Of a DNA stretch of 64,000 bases, positions 22,701-33,074 are shown piece after piece. Both the position numbers and the translations under genes were made by a program. Origin of the DNA: Psilocybe cubensis (Eukaryota); NCBI GenBank assembly GCA_017499595.2, contig CM039002.1, positions 2,542,001-2,606,000 of the forward strand, given 5' to 3'. Below the pieces are notes generated by a model. The model was not told the DNA's origin. It did no database searches and saw only the letters and a list, made by a program, of their open reading frames with translations. Positions within the stretch are counted from its first letter, which is position 1, and every line of letters starts with the position of its first letter.

Positions 22701-25700
22701 GTGGACCAGCTTGAAATCGAACATCAGAATGGCAGCAATCCATCGGTTCATAGCTGCGTTTGGATGCGTATCAGGGTTATTGATCATACCCTTGATATAT
22801 TTTGCGTCCACTTCGATGGTAAGATTTTGCACCCCAACAATCCAAATTTTGACTGAATGAATTGCTCGAAACAGGCCGTATAATTCCAGCTTTGCCTGCG
22901 AGTAGCGAGCTTCTCGTGGGTTCCATGGTATAGAACCGAACCGTGCAATTATACGTGCGCCGTTTGCATCCAACTGCATGAGAATGAAACCAACTGCAAT
23001 GTTTGAGGAGTCAACTTGAAGAATGACCGTAAAGCCACTCTTGTAATCGATGGGGCGGATTGCTGGGCATGTCGTGACCGCAGTCTTCAGTGAATTCATT
23101 GCGTTTTGATGTTCCTTGTCCCATTTAAACTGAACTTGCTTCTTCGTTAGGTTGACCAATGGGATTGCAATCGCCGCAAAGTCCTTCACCCACTTCCTCA
23201 CCACACCCGCCACTCCTAGAAAGCTTCGCACGTCGGTCGCGTTTTCGCATGGTGGCCAGTTCTCAATTTTTATCACGCTCGACTTATCCGGTTTACGCCC
23301 TTCGTATGTCGATATCTGTCCCACTATCTTTGCTTCCGGCTGACACAAAATCAGTTTCTTCGCAGATGCTGTGGCGCCAGCGTGTGCTAGTCTGTGAAGA
23401 ACTCGATTCACGTCCATCAGGTGCTCCCACACAAACCTCCTCACTCCCGGATTCTCCTCCATCACCTCATAACCTCCGCCCGCCAACTCATACCTCGTCA
23501 TTGGACCCAGGACCGCTATGTCATCGGAAAAATTCGGTGCAACTTCTGTTTCGTGTTGTAGGATGAATGCTACATCACGATGGAAGATTTGCAGCGAGTT
23601 TGTCCAACCTTGAGGCAACACAGTAAGCTGGTATGTTCCCGTTGGTGTTTCAAAGGCTGTTAACTCTCTCGACCGTTTGTCCAGCGTGTGGTGATCGTAA
23701 CCCACGAAAAGGTCAATTGTTGTATAGATCGAGCGGCCGGCGCATTGCTCAGCATACAAATCAATCAATGGTGGTTGCGCAGAGTCTTTGATAGTGACTT
23801 CATTAAGCGGGACAAGGTTGTGCACAATGCGTAAGTCTTTTGATCCTTTCTTCTCGAACGTGATTGTTGCATGCCGATATGCACTTGTCGTAGGTTCTAT
23901 GACACCAGCTTTTAACTTTTCGTCGATGAGCTTGTTGAACCGCTCTCGCAATGCTGGTGGAACTGGAAACGAGCGCTTTACCCAAGGTTCATGTTCGACG
24001 ACCGGTATGACGACATCCGAGAAGTAGTCACTTCGAAATCTTCCTTTCTCAGCTTCCACCCATGCCAAACCTTTCTCGTTTGCTCGTAACACCGCCGCCA
24101 CCACTTTCTTCTCTTCCTCCCACAAAAAATCATTCTCCTCCACTCCAAGCATCTTCCACCTCTCTTCTGTCAACCTTTCTCCTGGCTTAAATGGCCCTGG
24201 CGTCATTGGTATTGTCGGTAACGTCAACAGCGGGTCCTCTGGAAAGCGACGTTGAACATTCGCATATTCTGGCATTGTTGTTGCAACCGGGTGAGTTTTC
24301 TTTGCTGCTGGCTTATACAACAATGTGTGCTGAACTTGATCATAGGTGAATGTTGATCCTAGAAGCTCATTTGCGAGTTTTGTACGAGCTTGACTGTGCG
24401 CCATCATTACCACCTCCTCCACACTCAATTCCACCACCTCCTCTCTTGGTTGCTCTGCTCTTGCCTCCCTGTACATCAACACCTTCTTCACAACCTTCCT
24501 CGCTCGCTCTCTTGTTGGTATAACCTTTGCTTGACGTTGGTCTTTAGGATCGTGCACAATCACATCTACCCGCCCATCGTTATGCTCAACCTTCCCTAGC
24601 CTCACGTACTTTTGCCACGGTCGTCCCAACAGCAACTCGAATGGGGCATCGAGAGGTGCGATGAAAGCGTGTACCATTGATGCAATGCCTCCGACCTCAA
24701 TCTCCATAAACTCGGCACATCCTCCCATCTCCTCCTTTTCGCCGGTCGCTGTTTCCATTGTCATTTGTTGCTCTTTGTTGACGCTGTGCCCTGTTCTCTC
24801 CCACAAGTCTTTCCTTATCACCACAATCTCTGACCCTTCATCTAACAACCCGACCGATGCAACCGTCCCGCATACAACGACATCAATTTCCCGAAGTGGT
24901 GTACAGTATTCGAGTGTTGGCATCTTGAAGGTAGCCGCTCCTGTTGTTGCTGTCGTTGCTGACTTCTTTTCTGTATCCAATAGTGAGGTTTTGGGGAATG
25001 CCTCGTTAGGTACTCGCACAACCTTGAGTTTCTCAACCATTGTTTTTCGTACGTCCCCGCTGAGTGCGTAAATATCGCCGACCGTAACCTCAGGTATAAT
25101 AGTTTTGAAGATTTTCTCTGCCATCTTCAAAGCCGCTTTTGGATCAGATATGCTGGACTCGTATGTGTATGCTTTCTCGTGTCCTCCTCGCTGAATGGCA
25201 TTGGGATCGAAACGGATGTGTTTGATGTCAGTGTGGTGTCCTTCTCCCTCCTCCGCCCTTGCCTTTCCTTTTCTCTCCTTCATCTCTCTCTCTATCCTCT
25301 TTTCCTGCTCCTTCCTCCCGCTCTCCTCATCATCATCACCCGTCTTCTTCCCGCTTCGTGTCTGCAGCAATGCCTCCGCTGTGGCCACCTCTTGCCATGC
25401 CATCCACTCCACTTTGCCCTCGCTTTCGTACCCGTTCTCCCATGGGATCTCCTTCCACTCGTTTCGCACTTCCTCCACTGTTTTCTTCCGCCCGCTACTT
25501 GCTTCCACTTTCACTTGTTCTCCATTGCGCCCTGTGGTGTATGTCTTAGCGTTTCTGGTAGTCTGCGTATAATAACCGCTTGTTGCAACATTGACATGTG
25601 GTGGTTGATCCCTCTGCCACCCTTCTTGACCTGGGGTTGGAACTGCTGACCCGAACCGCTTATCAACAGCGTCCTTCAAACTCTGCCCATATTCAAAACG

Positions 25701-28700
25701 GATAGGCTCTCCGTTTGCATATGTCAATCGAGCTGGAGTTCCAAACCACATGATGCGGCCAACTTTAACGTATTCGGCTGCGGCTACACAGTCACGTATG
25801 CGATGTTGTCCTTTTTTGCAGAAATAGCAGCTGTTTGAACTTGGGCCTGACATACCCGCCTGGGCGTATTGTATTGGTGGTGGGATTTGCATTTGCGGAG
25901 CGGCGAATGTTTGTGCCTGCGTATGATAAGCCTGAGTTTGATACGTTGGTGCAAATTGTGGCTGATAGGGTGCGTGTACTGCCATGTTTGTTGCTGCCGC
26001 CTGCTGAGTTGTTGCCAGTAGTGTTGGTATCCAGATATGCGCGTTTGGGTCCATAGCACAGAGTTGACCGTAGGTTGCAGCATAATTTGCGTCGCCAACT
26101 TTCAATCCTGCTAGCTTGCGTGTCAAGTCACCAATATCCTCTTCTCGAGTCTTCTTCTTTGGTTCGCCAAATGAGACTCGTCGAGTTCGCACCACATCCT
26201 CCTCCTCTTTCACCTTTGCAATCTCCTCTTCCTTCCGCCTCTCTGATCTTGCCCTCAACTCCGCCAGCTCTCTATCCTTCTCCCTCTCCCTCTCCCTCTC
26301 TTTTTCTCTCTTTTTCTTCTTCTTCTCCTTTGCATCCCGTCGCTTCTCCTTTCTCCTCCTCTTCCTCCTCTCGTCCTCACTATCTGACGATTCAGTGTAT
26401 GATTCTGATGTGTCCGATGACACAGACTCGGTTTCTGACTCGGTTTCTGAATCCAATGATGAATCCGATGAGCTGCTCTCATGTTTCTTCTTCCGCCGCT
26501 TTTCCTTCTTCTTCAGCTTCTTCTGTGCCCTCCTCAACTTCTCCTCTCGCTCAGCTCTCTTCCCTTTCCCTACATCCTCGTCTAATAACAGCCTCGCCGT
26601 TTTCAACACATCCTCCACCGCTGGAGCTGCCATCCTTCCCGTCAACCCTATTTTCTTCCCCCCCATCTGCACTTCCACCCGGTCTTGAAGGCGAGGCGGT
26701 AAGCCCATCCAGAAGTACTCGTTCAATTCGTCTTCAGTGATCTCGCCTTGTTTGACTAGCCAGAGACCAATTGGTTCAAAGTTTTTATTGTACTCGGTGA
26801 GCTCGACACTGGTCCTGATGCCACTGCCCTTTGTCGCTTTGGCAATCACTCTCGTCAAGTCGTCCACCGTGTAACTCCCACCCTTTGTCATCCACGGATA
26901 TTCCTCCTTTAACTTCTCCTTCATTGCCTTGAAGCTCCGTGGTCGGTCCAATCGGTAACCCTTGAAAGTTTTCCAGAACTTCACATCTGACTCTTTCCTC
27001 AAATAGTCCACCACTGCCTCTGCCATCATCTCGTCATTTAACCCCGCCGTCTTTGCTAACCTTTCGAACTTCCCCAGAAAGTCCTCCAGCTCATCTACAT
27101 CTCCTGACCAGCTAGGTGCTTTACTCGAGCCCGGCGCTGGCATCTCCTTCAAAAAGGTTGTCGTCGATCCTCCTGGTTGAACCATGTTGTTATTTGTCTT
27201 TGGTGCGTCCTTCTCTTCTTTCGATTCTTCTTTCTTCAATTCTCCTGATTGGGATTCGGGTATAGGGACTTGTAACGACTTTGGTTCTTCTTTGTTGGAT
27301 GTCTGGCTGTCTTGTTTAGCTGGAGCTGGTACGTCGGTTGCTTTGAACTCGTCTTGCTGTTGCTGATCTTCTTCGTCTTGCTTCGTTTCTTCTCCTACTT
27401 GCTGTTCCTTGTTAACGTCTTCTTTGTCTTCTTCTCCTGATTCTGACCTTGCCTCCGGCGACTCAGATCTGATAGATCTTGGTGGTGGATCTGATTCCTC
27501 GTTGAAATCGAGTTCTGGTAAGAAATCGCCGTCCGATGTTTGCCACTCTTTGGCGCTATCAAATTCGTCTTCACGAGGTTCGTCAACCGGCTCTTCAATC
27601 GACGCTAGTCGTGGTACACTTGGTGGTGTTGCAACAGACCACGCTCCTGGGAATGTACCTTGTGGAAATGAGAACCGATTGAATAACGGTGGTGGTGCGT
27701 GTCGAAACGAAAATTGGGTTGGCGTAGGTGTGATAGGGTCAGTATTTGGTGCGTTGACAGTGAGCTCGTTAGCGTCCTGTGGACTAACAGACGCAGATCG
27801 CTCCCTATAACTGACAGGTGCAATGTTGCGGCGATTTCGAGGTGCTTCCGAGGTGGGTAATAACGAGTTAGAACTGCTGGCTTTCGACGATGGTTTGTAC
27901 TCAGATTCGTCGTCCTTTTTCTTCCCTTTCCTTGGAGCTAACTTGGGTATCACTTTCCCAGAAGAAGATCGAATTCCCGAGCCCTTCTTGAGAAAGGAGC
28001 CTCGAACCGGTTGGGATGTCGAACTTCCGCTGTTTGAGGCAATATTGACAGTTCCTCAGTGACACGGGGTTTAACGGACAAGGGGGCGGGCAAAACCGGT
28101 TTTACTGGTTTTGTCCCCTCGCGGTGGGCTCCAGATGTAGGGAAGGGGGCGAGTTCGAGAGAGGACAAAGTAGCCTGAGTACGGACAGAGTTTTGTAGAT
28201 ATTTATGTGTTTAGCACGGAAAGAGATGGGAAAAAAATAGGAAATATGATTCGATACGTCCTTCGGTGTGTAACGACGTCTCCGGTAAGGTGCTAACTAC
28301 TGACTACGCGTCTATGCTGTGGCCATATGGCGTCGACGATGCCAAGTGAGTGTGTCCGCAAGCGTCATGTGACGTGTTTGTTGTGAGTCGCGTCGCGCGC
28401 ACGCGTATCCAAATCCCTACAATTGAAAATACTGACTATGCCAATGCGACAACGAAGGTGCTCATGACTGGTGGTACCAAGATATTCGAAGGGTCAAGGC
28501 AGGACCAGATGATCATTGCAATGAGGGTGCACTGGAAATGCATCTAATAAGCAACCAAAGAATTCATTCAATATAACGAGTTACTTACGTTGACGAACTC
28601 ATTCATAAATGTGCGGGAAAGAGATAGCCCAGGGAGACTGTACAATGCGAATGCACCGGCAGGACCGTTGGGGGTGAATTGGGTCGCGGCTAATGTTCCG

Positions 28701-29381
28701 CTTTTCAAAAGTATTTCTTCGGAGATATCGAGTAGAGATTTCCATTGAGTGTAAACAACGAGGGTGGCAATATAAGCGCCGAAAATTTGGGCGATGATAT
28801 ATCTGTGATAATTGACGTTAGATGAAGTCGTTTTTCTATCATTATCAGGCCATTACCTGACAGCCTTGGCCTTGGGGAAGCCCTTGAAGATGCACAAGGT
28901 GATTGTAACGCATGGGTTAAAGTGACCTCCCGATGTACCAGCGCACATGGTGAGAGCAAAAATAATACCAAGGCAATAGGCCATGCCGATTTGGAAAATA
29001 CCTGGGTTAGGGATATATCAATGATGGGTGCCCGTTTCAGTAAAACTCGGACTGACTAGAGAATCCAACTTCTTTGAGGATGTTTCCAACAACCCAACCA
29101 ACTTGTGAACCAAGACCTAAGCAACTCTATCAGAAGAAGAACAAAGAAGTCTCTATTTAAAGCTTACCAAAATAGACGTAAAGAAATACGCCCATCTAAG
29201 AGATTGTATAGTTAGAGCTATGAGAGTGAAAGACAGTCAAAGAACATGTAGTTACAGATTCAGCAAAACACTCGATGGCCCAGTGCACCTCTTTCGAATT
29301 CCTTCTCCTCTCCCATATCGTAAAGATACGGGGACGCTTGACGATGTCGCGCTGATAAACGAGAGGAGTCTGAGGAGACAT
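19728..29381 (-). CDS. Aquaporin/aquaglyceroporin (MIP family, agaric NPC/NAA type) with an LTR retrotransposon in one intron
   Basis: Upstream exons (29381-28437): MSPQTPLV...HWAIECFAES, GVFLYVYFG, LGSQVGWVVGNILKE, FQIGMAY...SGGHFNPCVTI, YIIAQIFGA...FTPNGPAGAFALY...NEFVN, CTLIAMIIWSCLDP...ALAY. Downstream exons (20292-19728): AASIWGFSVPG, SLNAARDVGARL, GGAYSAIAALVNIPAT...YELFIVDSDR, ...SMQV*. Confidence 0.9.
20336..20621 (-). repeat. 3' LTR
   Basis: Identical by eye to 28136-28421; 8-bp terminal inverted repeat. Confidence 0.97.
20622..20636 (-). other. Polypurine tract
   Basis: AAAGTGGGGGGGAGA on the minus strand immediately before the 3' LTR. Confidence 0.85.
20997..27953 (-). CDS. Gag-Pol polyprotein (zinc knuckle, aspartic protease, RT, RNase H, integrase)
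   Basis: Knuckle CYFCKKGQHRIRDC, protease LLDEGSE, RT LPQGWTNS and FSDD, RNase H VDSSNIAVG, integrase HDMLGH...CHQC plus IDT/TDNG/E. The ORF start at 27953 is GTG; the first ATG is at 27185. Confidence 0.95.
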   Translation of the reverse strand: MIPKLAPRKGKKKDDESEYKPSSKASSSNSLLPTSEAPRNRRNIAPVSYRERSASVSPQDANELTVNAPNTDPITPTPTQFSFRHAPPPLFNRFSFPQGTFPGAWSVATPPSVPRLASIEEPVDEPREDEFDSAKEWQTSDGDFLPELDFNEESDPPPRSIRSESPEARSESGEEDKEDVNKEQQVGEETKQDEEDQQQQDEFKATDVPAPAKQDSQTSNKEEPKSLQVPIPESQSGELKKEESKEEKDAPKTNNNMVQPGGSTTTFLKEMPAPGSSKAPSWSGDVDELEDFLGKFERLAKTAGLNDEMMAEAVVDYLRKESDVKFWKTFKGYRLDRPRSFKAMKEKLKEEYPWMTKGGSYTVDDLTRVIAKATKGSGIRTSVELTEYNKNFEPIGLWLVKQGEITEDELNEYFWMGLPPRLQDRVEVQMGGKKIGLTGRMAAPAVEDVLKTARLLLDEDVGKGKRAEREEKLRRAQKKLKKKEKRRKKKHESSSSDSSLDSETESETESVSSDTSESYTESSDSEDERRKRRRKEKRRDAKEKKKKKREKEREREREKDRELAELRARSERRKEEEIAKVKEEEDVVRTRRVSFGEPKKKTREEDIGDLTRKLAGLKVGDANYAATYGQLCAMDPNAHIWIPTLLATTQQAAATNMAVHAPYQPQFAPTYQTQAYHTQAQTFAAPQMQIPPPIQYAQAGMSGPSSNSCYFCKKGQHRIRDCVAAAEYVKVGRIMWFGTPARLTYANGEPIRFEYGQSLKDAVDKRFGSAVPTPGQEGWQRDQPPHVNVATSGYYTQTTRNAKTYTTGRNGEQVKVEASSGRKKTVEEVRNEWKEIPWENGYESEGKVEWMAWQEVATAEALLQTRSGKKTGDDDEESGRKEQEKRIEREMKERKGKARAEEGEGHHTDIKHIRFDPNAIQRGGHEKAYTYESSISDPKAALKMAEKIFKTIIPEVTVGDIYALSGDVRKTMVEKLKVVRVPNEAFPKTSLLDTEKKSATTATTGAATFKMPTLEYCTPLREIDVVVCGTVASVGLLDEGSEIVVIRKDLWERTGHSVNKEQQMTMETATGEKEEMGGCAEFMEIEVGGIASMVHAFIAPLDAPFELLLGRPWQKYVRLGKVEHNDGRVDVIVHDPKDQRQAKVIPTRERARKVVKKVLMYREARAEQPREEVVELSVEEVVMMAHSQARTKLANELLGSTFTYDQVQHTLLYKPAAKKTHPVATTMPEYANVQRRFPEDPLLTLPTIPMTPGPFKPGERLTEERWKMLGVEENDFLWEEEKKVVAAVLRANEKGLAWVEAEKGRFRSDYFSDVVIPVVEHEPWVKRSFPVPPALRERFNKLIDEKLKAGVIEPTTSAYRHATITFEKKGSKDLRIVHNLVPLNEVTIKDSAQPPLIDLYAEQCAGRSIYTTIDLFVGYDHHTLDKRSRELTAFETPTGTYQLTVLPQGWTNSLQIFHRDVAFILQHETEVAPNFSDDIAVLGPMTRYELAGGGYEVMEENPGVRRFVWEHLMDVNRVLHRLAHAGATASAKKLILCQPEAKIVGQISTYEGRKPDKSSVIKIENWPPCENATDVRSFLGVAGVVRKWVKDFAAIAIPLVNLTKKQVQFKWDKEHQNAMNSLKTAVTTCPAIRPIDYKSGFTVILQVDSSNIAVGFILMQLDANGARIIARFGSIPWNPREARYSQAKLELYGLFRAIHSVKIWIVGVQNLTIEVDAKYIKGMINNPDTHPNAAMNRWIAAILMFDFKLVHVPGKNFKGPDGLSRRRKVEGEEDETEEDAEQWVEELYQCGVWIVAGMGWKKGDQWPRIGKRGLKGKNKRSEGKGAVGMDVKVKEPGVKISEGAKEGEVMSVEEAVVAAFKRKMAEATEKGGLPDTEEVRQLDDELMQIKTYLETLKPPPNLDRVALKRFVKKASRFFVQANRLWRRDSGIRHKLVLFGEDRLEVLVEGHDMLGHRGYFATRHNVADRYWWPKIDKDIRWFIDTCHQCQLMSLEKVVIPPTVMIPERLFCRCHIDTMHMPPSNGYKYIVQARCGMSTWPEWDKLKTETAAVIGNFILMKLMLRWGVVFEMITDNGPPFVAALEWLAERYNVSHIRISGYNSRANGVVETTHTPIRTALIKSGDGSLKKWDERVAFMYWAERITIRKSIGYSPFYVVHGIEPLLPFDLTHATFLLPDIDRSLSTAELLGMRARQLERRDDDLALVHERVLKRRYQSIAEFEEKNKHKIIDYNFQPGELVLVLNKKVEAEVGRKGKPRYMGPLVVVRRSEGGSYRLAELDGAESKLKYAAFRLIPYYPRNRQVIEVTEVLNSEEFDGDEE
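28136..28421 (-). repeat. 5' LTR
   Basis: Identical by eye to 20336-20621. Followed on the minus strand by TCTGGAGCCCACCG (candidate primer-binding site). Confidence 0.97.
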
Positions 29382-32300
29382 CGCTGATATGACCTCTGCA
29401 GGGATTTCCGACTGGCGGGGGCTAGAGGTGGTGGGTGTGCAGGGACTTGGAGCAGCTGGTACCTGGTGTATTTATATGATATCGATTATAACTACCATTC
29501 AGTCAGAATATGGTACGTCAATGTGAATTATTTACTCCCTTCAGTACATTTGGTACCCAAATACCATCATTTCTTGCGCGTAGAGGGTCACCCTGGATTA
29601 ATGGATCTATTTTTAGTAACAGAGCAGGAACACCCAGTGGACAACCTGACACCTGTCCATACTTTACGGGAGCTGTCACTGAAATAGACCTATGGTTCTA
29701 TCGCAAAAACATAACATATCAAGAATGTTGTAATCCTTTGCGGAGGCAGGACGGATCCCGGATTGTACGGCCAGATCTTTACTACACCAACGTTGTCAAG
29801 CGCCAACGACAGTCAAAAAAAAATATGCCAACTTCCTGCCGCTGAAGCGGAAAGCACATGTAACCTTACATAACTCATTATAATAGTCGCTATGTCCTGG
29901 ACATGGACGTCCGGTGATATCTCACATTTTGGCTTTGTGCACGCCAAGCGAGGGGATTGCCCCAGGTTTCTGTGTGTCGGCGGATACGCTTGTGCATCTA
30001 TTTATAGACGCACTCTATGTACCCATGCAGTATCTTGCTATCTTGGACAGCAATTCAATCATAATTAGAGCGTTTTGTGCGTATCCTGTCTGACATATCT
30101 ATAACCTAGGAACATAACGATTCCCCTGATATCATCGCATTGGTACCAGAATTTGACTTGATTTAATGCCCGGCCTCCAGGCGGATAAACTCTTGTATCG
30201 AATTGATTGAACGCTGATAGGGAGTACTTGCCACTTAAGAAGTAGATCGCCCTCCTGACCTTGTTGTTTTTGCAGAACGTCAAACATTGAAGTAGCTTTC
30301 TCCGTTTCATGCGAGAATAGCATACAGCCTAGCCGGACCTTCGACCCACTCATTTTTGATCATTTCTCTCCTAACAAGATATTCTCAAGAATCCTCCATT
30401 TTTTCACCCTGAAAAGATGCCTTCTTTGTATGCCGGACACACAAAAGGAGAATTATATTGCCACTTCATGAATATAATGATGCGGATGGAGAACTATTTT
30501 TTGGAGATTTAGCAGTGTGGGGGTGGGGAATTGGCACTCAATGTGCCCACTCGAAGTGTGTTCAATCAGAAGCTCAATAATAGGCCAACTTGCGCGGTAC
30601 CTCGTCAGCCGAATGGATAGGAGGGGTATTTAAGCACGGCGAATATCATGAAAAGCACCCGTGTATGTCTCGTGGTCTGTCTATTTCAGAGAACACTTCT
30701 AGATGGTGTATCCCTCGAGGAAAGTATCAAGTGCGAGGTAATCACAGTCGAGCGGGAGCAAAACACCACCCTCAAAGCTTCCCACTTAAGCCCACATTTC
30801 TAATCGTGCAAATACAATTGATAGTGGGTTTTTAGAAGGACCAGTGAACAGTACTTGGCAGCAACAGAAAGACAGCTTCTGACGAGGAAAGTTGGAAGCA
30901 GAAAAGCATTAAATCGCCGGGAAGTCGACAGCTGCGTCCCGCCGCATTATTACTGGCAACCATTGAGCGACGTCGCGCAACATATTCGGGGCTATCTCAG
31001 GTTGGGCGGCGGCTTCAGGAGCGCATCCCTTACAGTCTAGGGGGATATGTACAATCAAAGGAAAAGAGACAACAATGTGACAGGGTGATCAGACCTAAAT
31101 CATAATAATCACCGCCTATGCTGCGTGTGCTTTATACGGCCCAAAATTCCCTTGAAACTGCAGACCTGCACAAGCGATTCGCATGGGGAACGACGGCAAA
31201 GGATTGTGGCTTTGTGGAGTATCCAAACCTGGTTGAAGAGTGTGTGCATCGGGTGGACAATACGCATACGCAGCGGCAAGGGTATGCATCAGCAGTGATG
31301 ATCAGCTGAGCTCTGCATACTGCAGCGCTGTGAAACTTATTATTCGAACATGTCTATATAGTGCCATCTATGTAAGGTCCCAGTCTGGGTATGTCGGATC
31401 CGATGTCACTGTTGGTAATTTTGGGCGTTTACCCGAAACATGGGCACAGAGGGCGAAAGTCAGCGTTATCAGTTGAATTGTGGGAGAATGTGAGGTCAAA
31501 TTGTTCGAGTAACGTCGTGTAACGTGTTGGATTCTTGACTCGCGCAGCAATTTGCACACGATTGAAGGTGAGATGATTATGTCGTCTTTCAATTAACGGG
31601 AAAGAGATTTGCGGCTTTGCTTCGGACATCGAAGTATTGTAACGCGGAACTATGTTGCAATCTGGCATGGAAGCTCCAAGACAGGCGTTAATGAAGACGT
31701 TACCCACGAGCGTTCGAGAAAGAGAAAGGTAGGCCATAATGTGTTTTTGAGTGCTGATCCGGCCTCAAAGATTACTAGGAGTTGAAAATAGCACGGATGA
31801 GTTCCAGAATGTAGAAGAGAATTGCAACGGGTGCTGTTATGCACTATACCTGTGCATCAACATCTTGGGTCTGTTGAAGAAAAGGTAGACCTCTATCTTC
31901 CAAAATTCAAACTATTATCATAAATGCTCAAGCAACGAACCGTAGAGCCATAAACCGAAAAAATGAACTTGACCGAGGGAAGAGGTGAGCGGCAGAGTGG
32001 AGATGATCCAAAGAAGACTCGAATGTAGAAGAAACCATGGACAGTATGTGCTTGTGAAACCAGCGCATAGGCGTGAGGTCGAGGGGTTACACAATTCAGT
32101 TTGTATAAACCGGTCATTGAGTGGTCCGTATAAAGTTAATGAATGTGACATGCCAGAAGGTGGACATAGAAAAATCAGATCGTATCGTGGAAAAGACAGT
32201 TCTAAGAAAATGCCTCAATGGATCAGTTGGGTGGAATGTTCAAGAAATGTAAATTAACTCACTCTTGAACATGGTCACGCAACAAACGGGAACGCGATGA

Positions 32301-32525
32301 AACACGCAAAGGCAAGAAGCAACCAAAACGCTAGAGACGTACCTGAAGAATATCTAACGGCGCAACGCAATGTATTCTTCAACCATGTTGGCGTGTTTGA
32401 CGAGGGATACGGGCAATCTCAATGCAATCATCACTGCAACAATATTTTGCTCTCATTCATTGCCTCTATGCGCATTCTATACGTTCTTTCAAAACGACAT
32501 TGATTTTCCATCCCCATAAATACGT

Positions 32526-32880
32526 TCATGGGTCCTCGTATCCTACAGTCGGTCTTCTTGGGCGGTTAGGGACTATCAAACAGGTGGAAATCAACGTTCG
32601 CAACTCGAAAGACGGCATAATGGGCGTACTAGGATATGTAGAGGGTATCATCTCCGCGCGCTTATATCCCATGCTTTCACGGATAGGTGGCACAACCACG
32701 GCCATAACAGGGCCAATAGCACCAATAACTACCGAATAAAAGATGACGGGGCTTTCATGGGCTTGACGTTGCTGCAAAACACCGAGTTAGTTAACTGAGC
32801 TGATAGATGAGAGCGCTCTGAATAGTTGAACACACAAGATAGCGATATGTATTGCGGAACGGTGAGGCGAAGGCCGACAT
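32526..32880 (-). CDS. Mitochondrial complex I 9.5 kDa accessory subunit (NI9M/NDUFA3-like)
   Basis: Three exons: MSAFASPFRNTYRYL | QRQAHESPVIFYSVVIGAIGPVMAVVVPPIRESMGY...IPSTYP | xPNRPRRPTVGYEDP*. Confidence 0.88.
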
Positions 32881-33074
32881 CGCTGGCGATACTGTCGGTG
32901 TTGTTCGTTGGGCAGCAAGTTGAGGAAGGCAGGGTTCTCGGGAAACTACGTTGGGAACCATTGCTTACGTAATTTGTTCGTGAGCAAGTCACTGACTGCA
33001 TCGCGGGCATCTCTCTTTGTCATTGACCACTACACCCAAAATCCTGTCCGCCATCCTACTACACCACAGTCATT

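Larger units (their letters stand above)
20336..28421 (-). mobile_element. Full-length Ty3/gypsy LTR retrotransposon (no chromodomain seen), single gag-pol ORF
   Basis: Two 286-bp LTRs (offset 7800) with TGTAGGGA...TCCCTACA termini. 4-bp TSD ATTG at 20332-20335 and 28422-28425. PPT next to the 3' LTR. Domain order PR-RT-RH-IN. Confidence 0.97.

Noticed and set aside
25179-26740. Ser/Phe/Leu-rich plus-strand ORFs within the gypsy element
   Set aside because: Antisense shadows of the purine-rich K/E/R gag coding strand.
29400-32500. Hydrophobic ORF fragments (about 31400-32150, minus strand) that might be a decayed membrane-protein gene
   Set aside because: Frames are broken by stops and I could not assemble or assign them. 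A translated homology search is needed.
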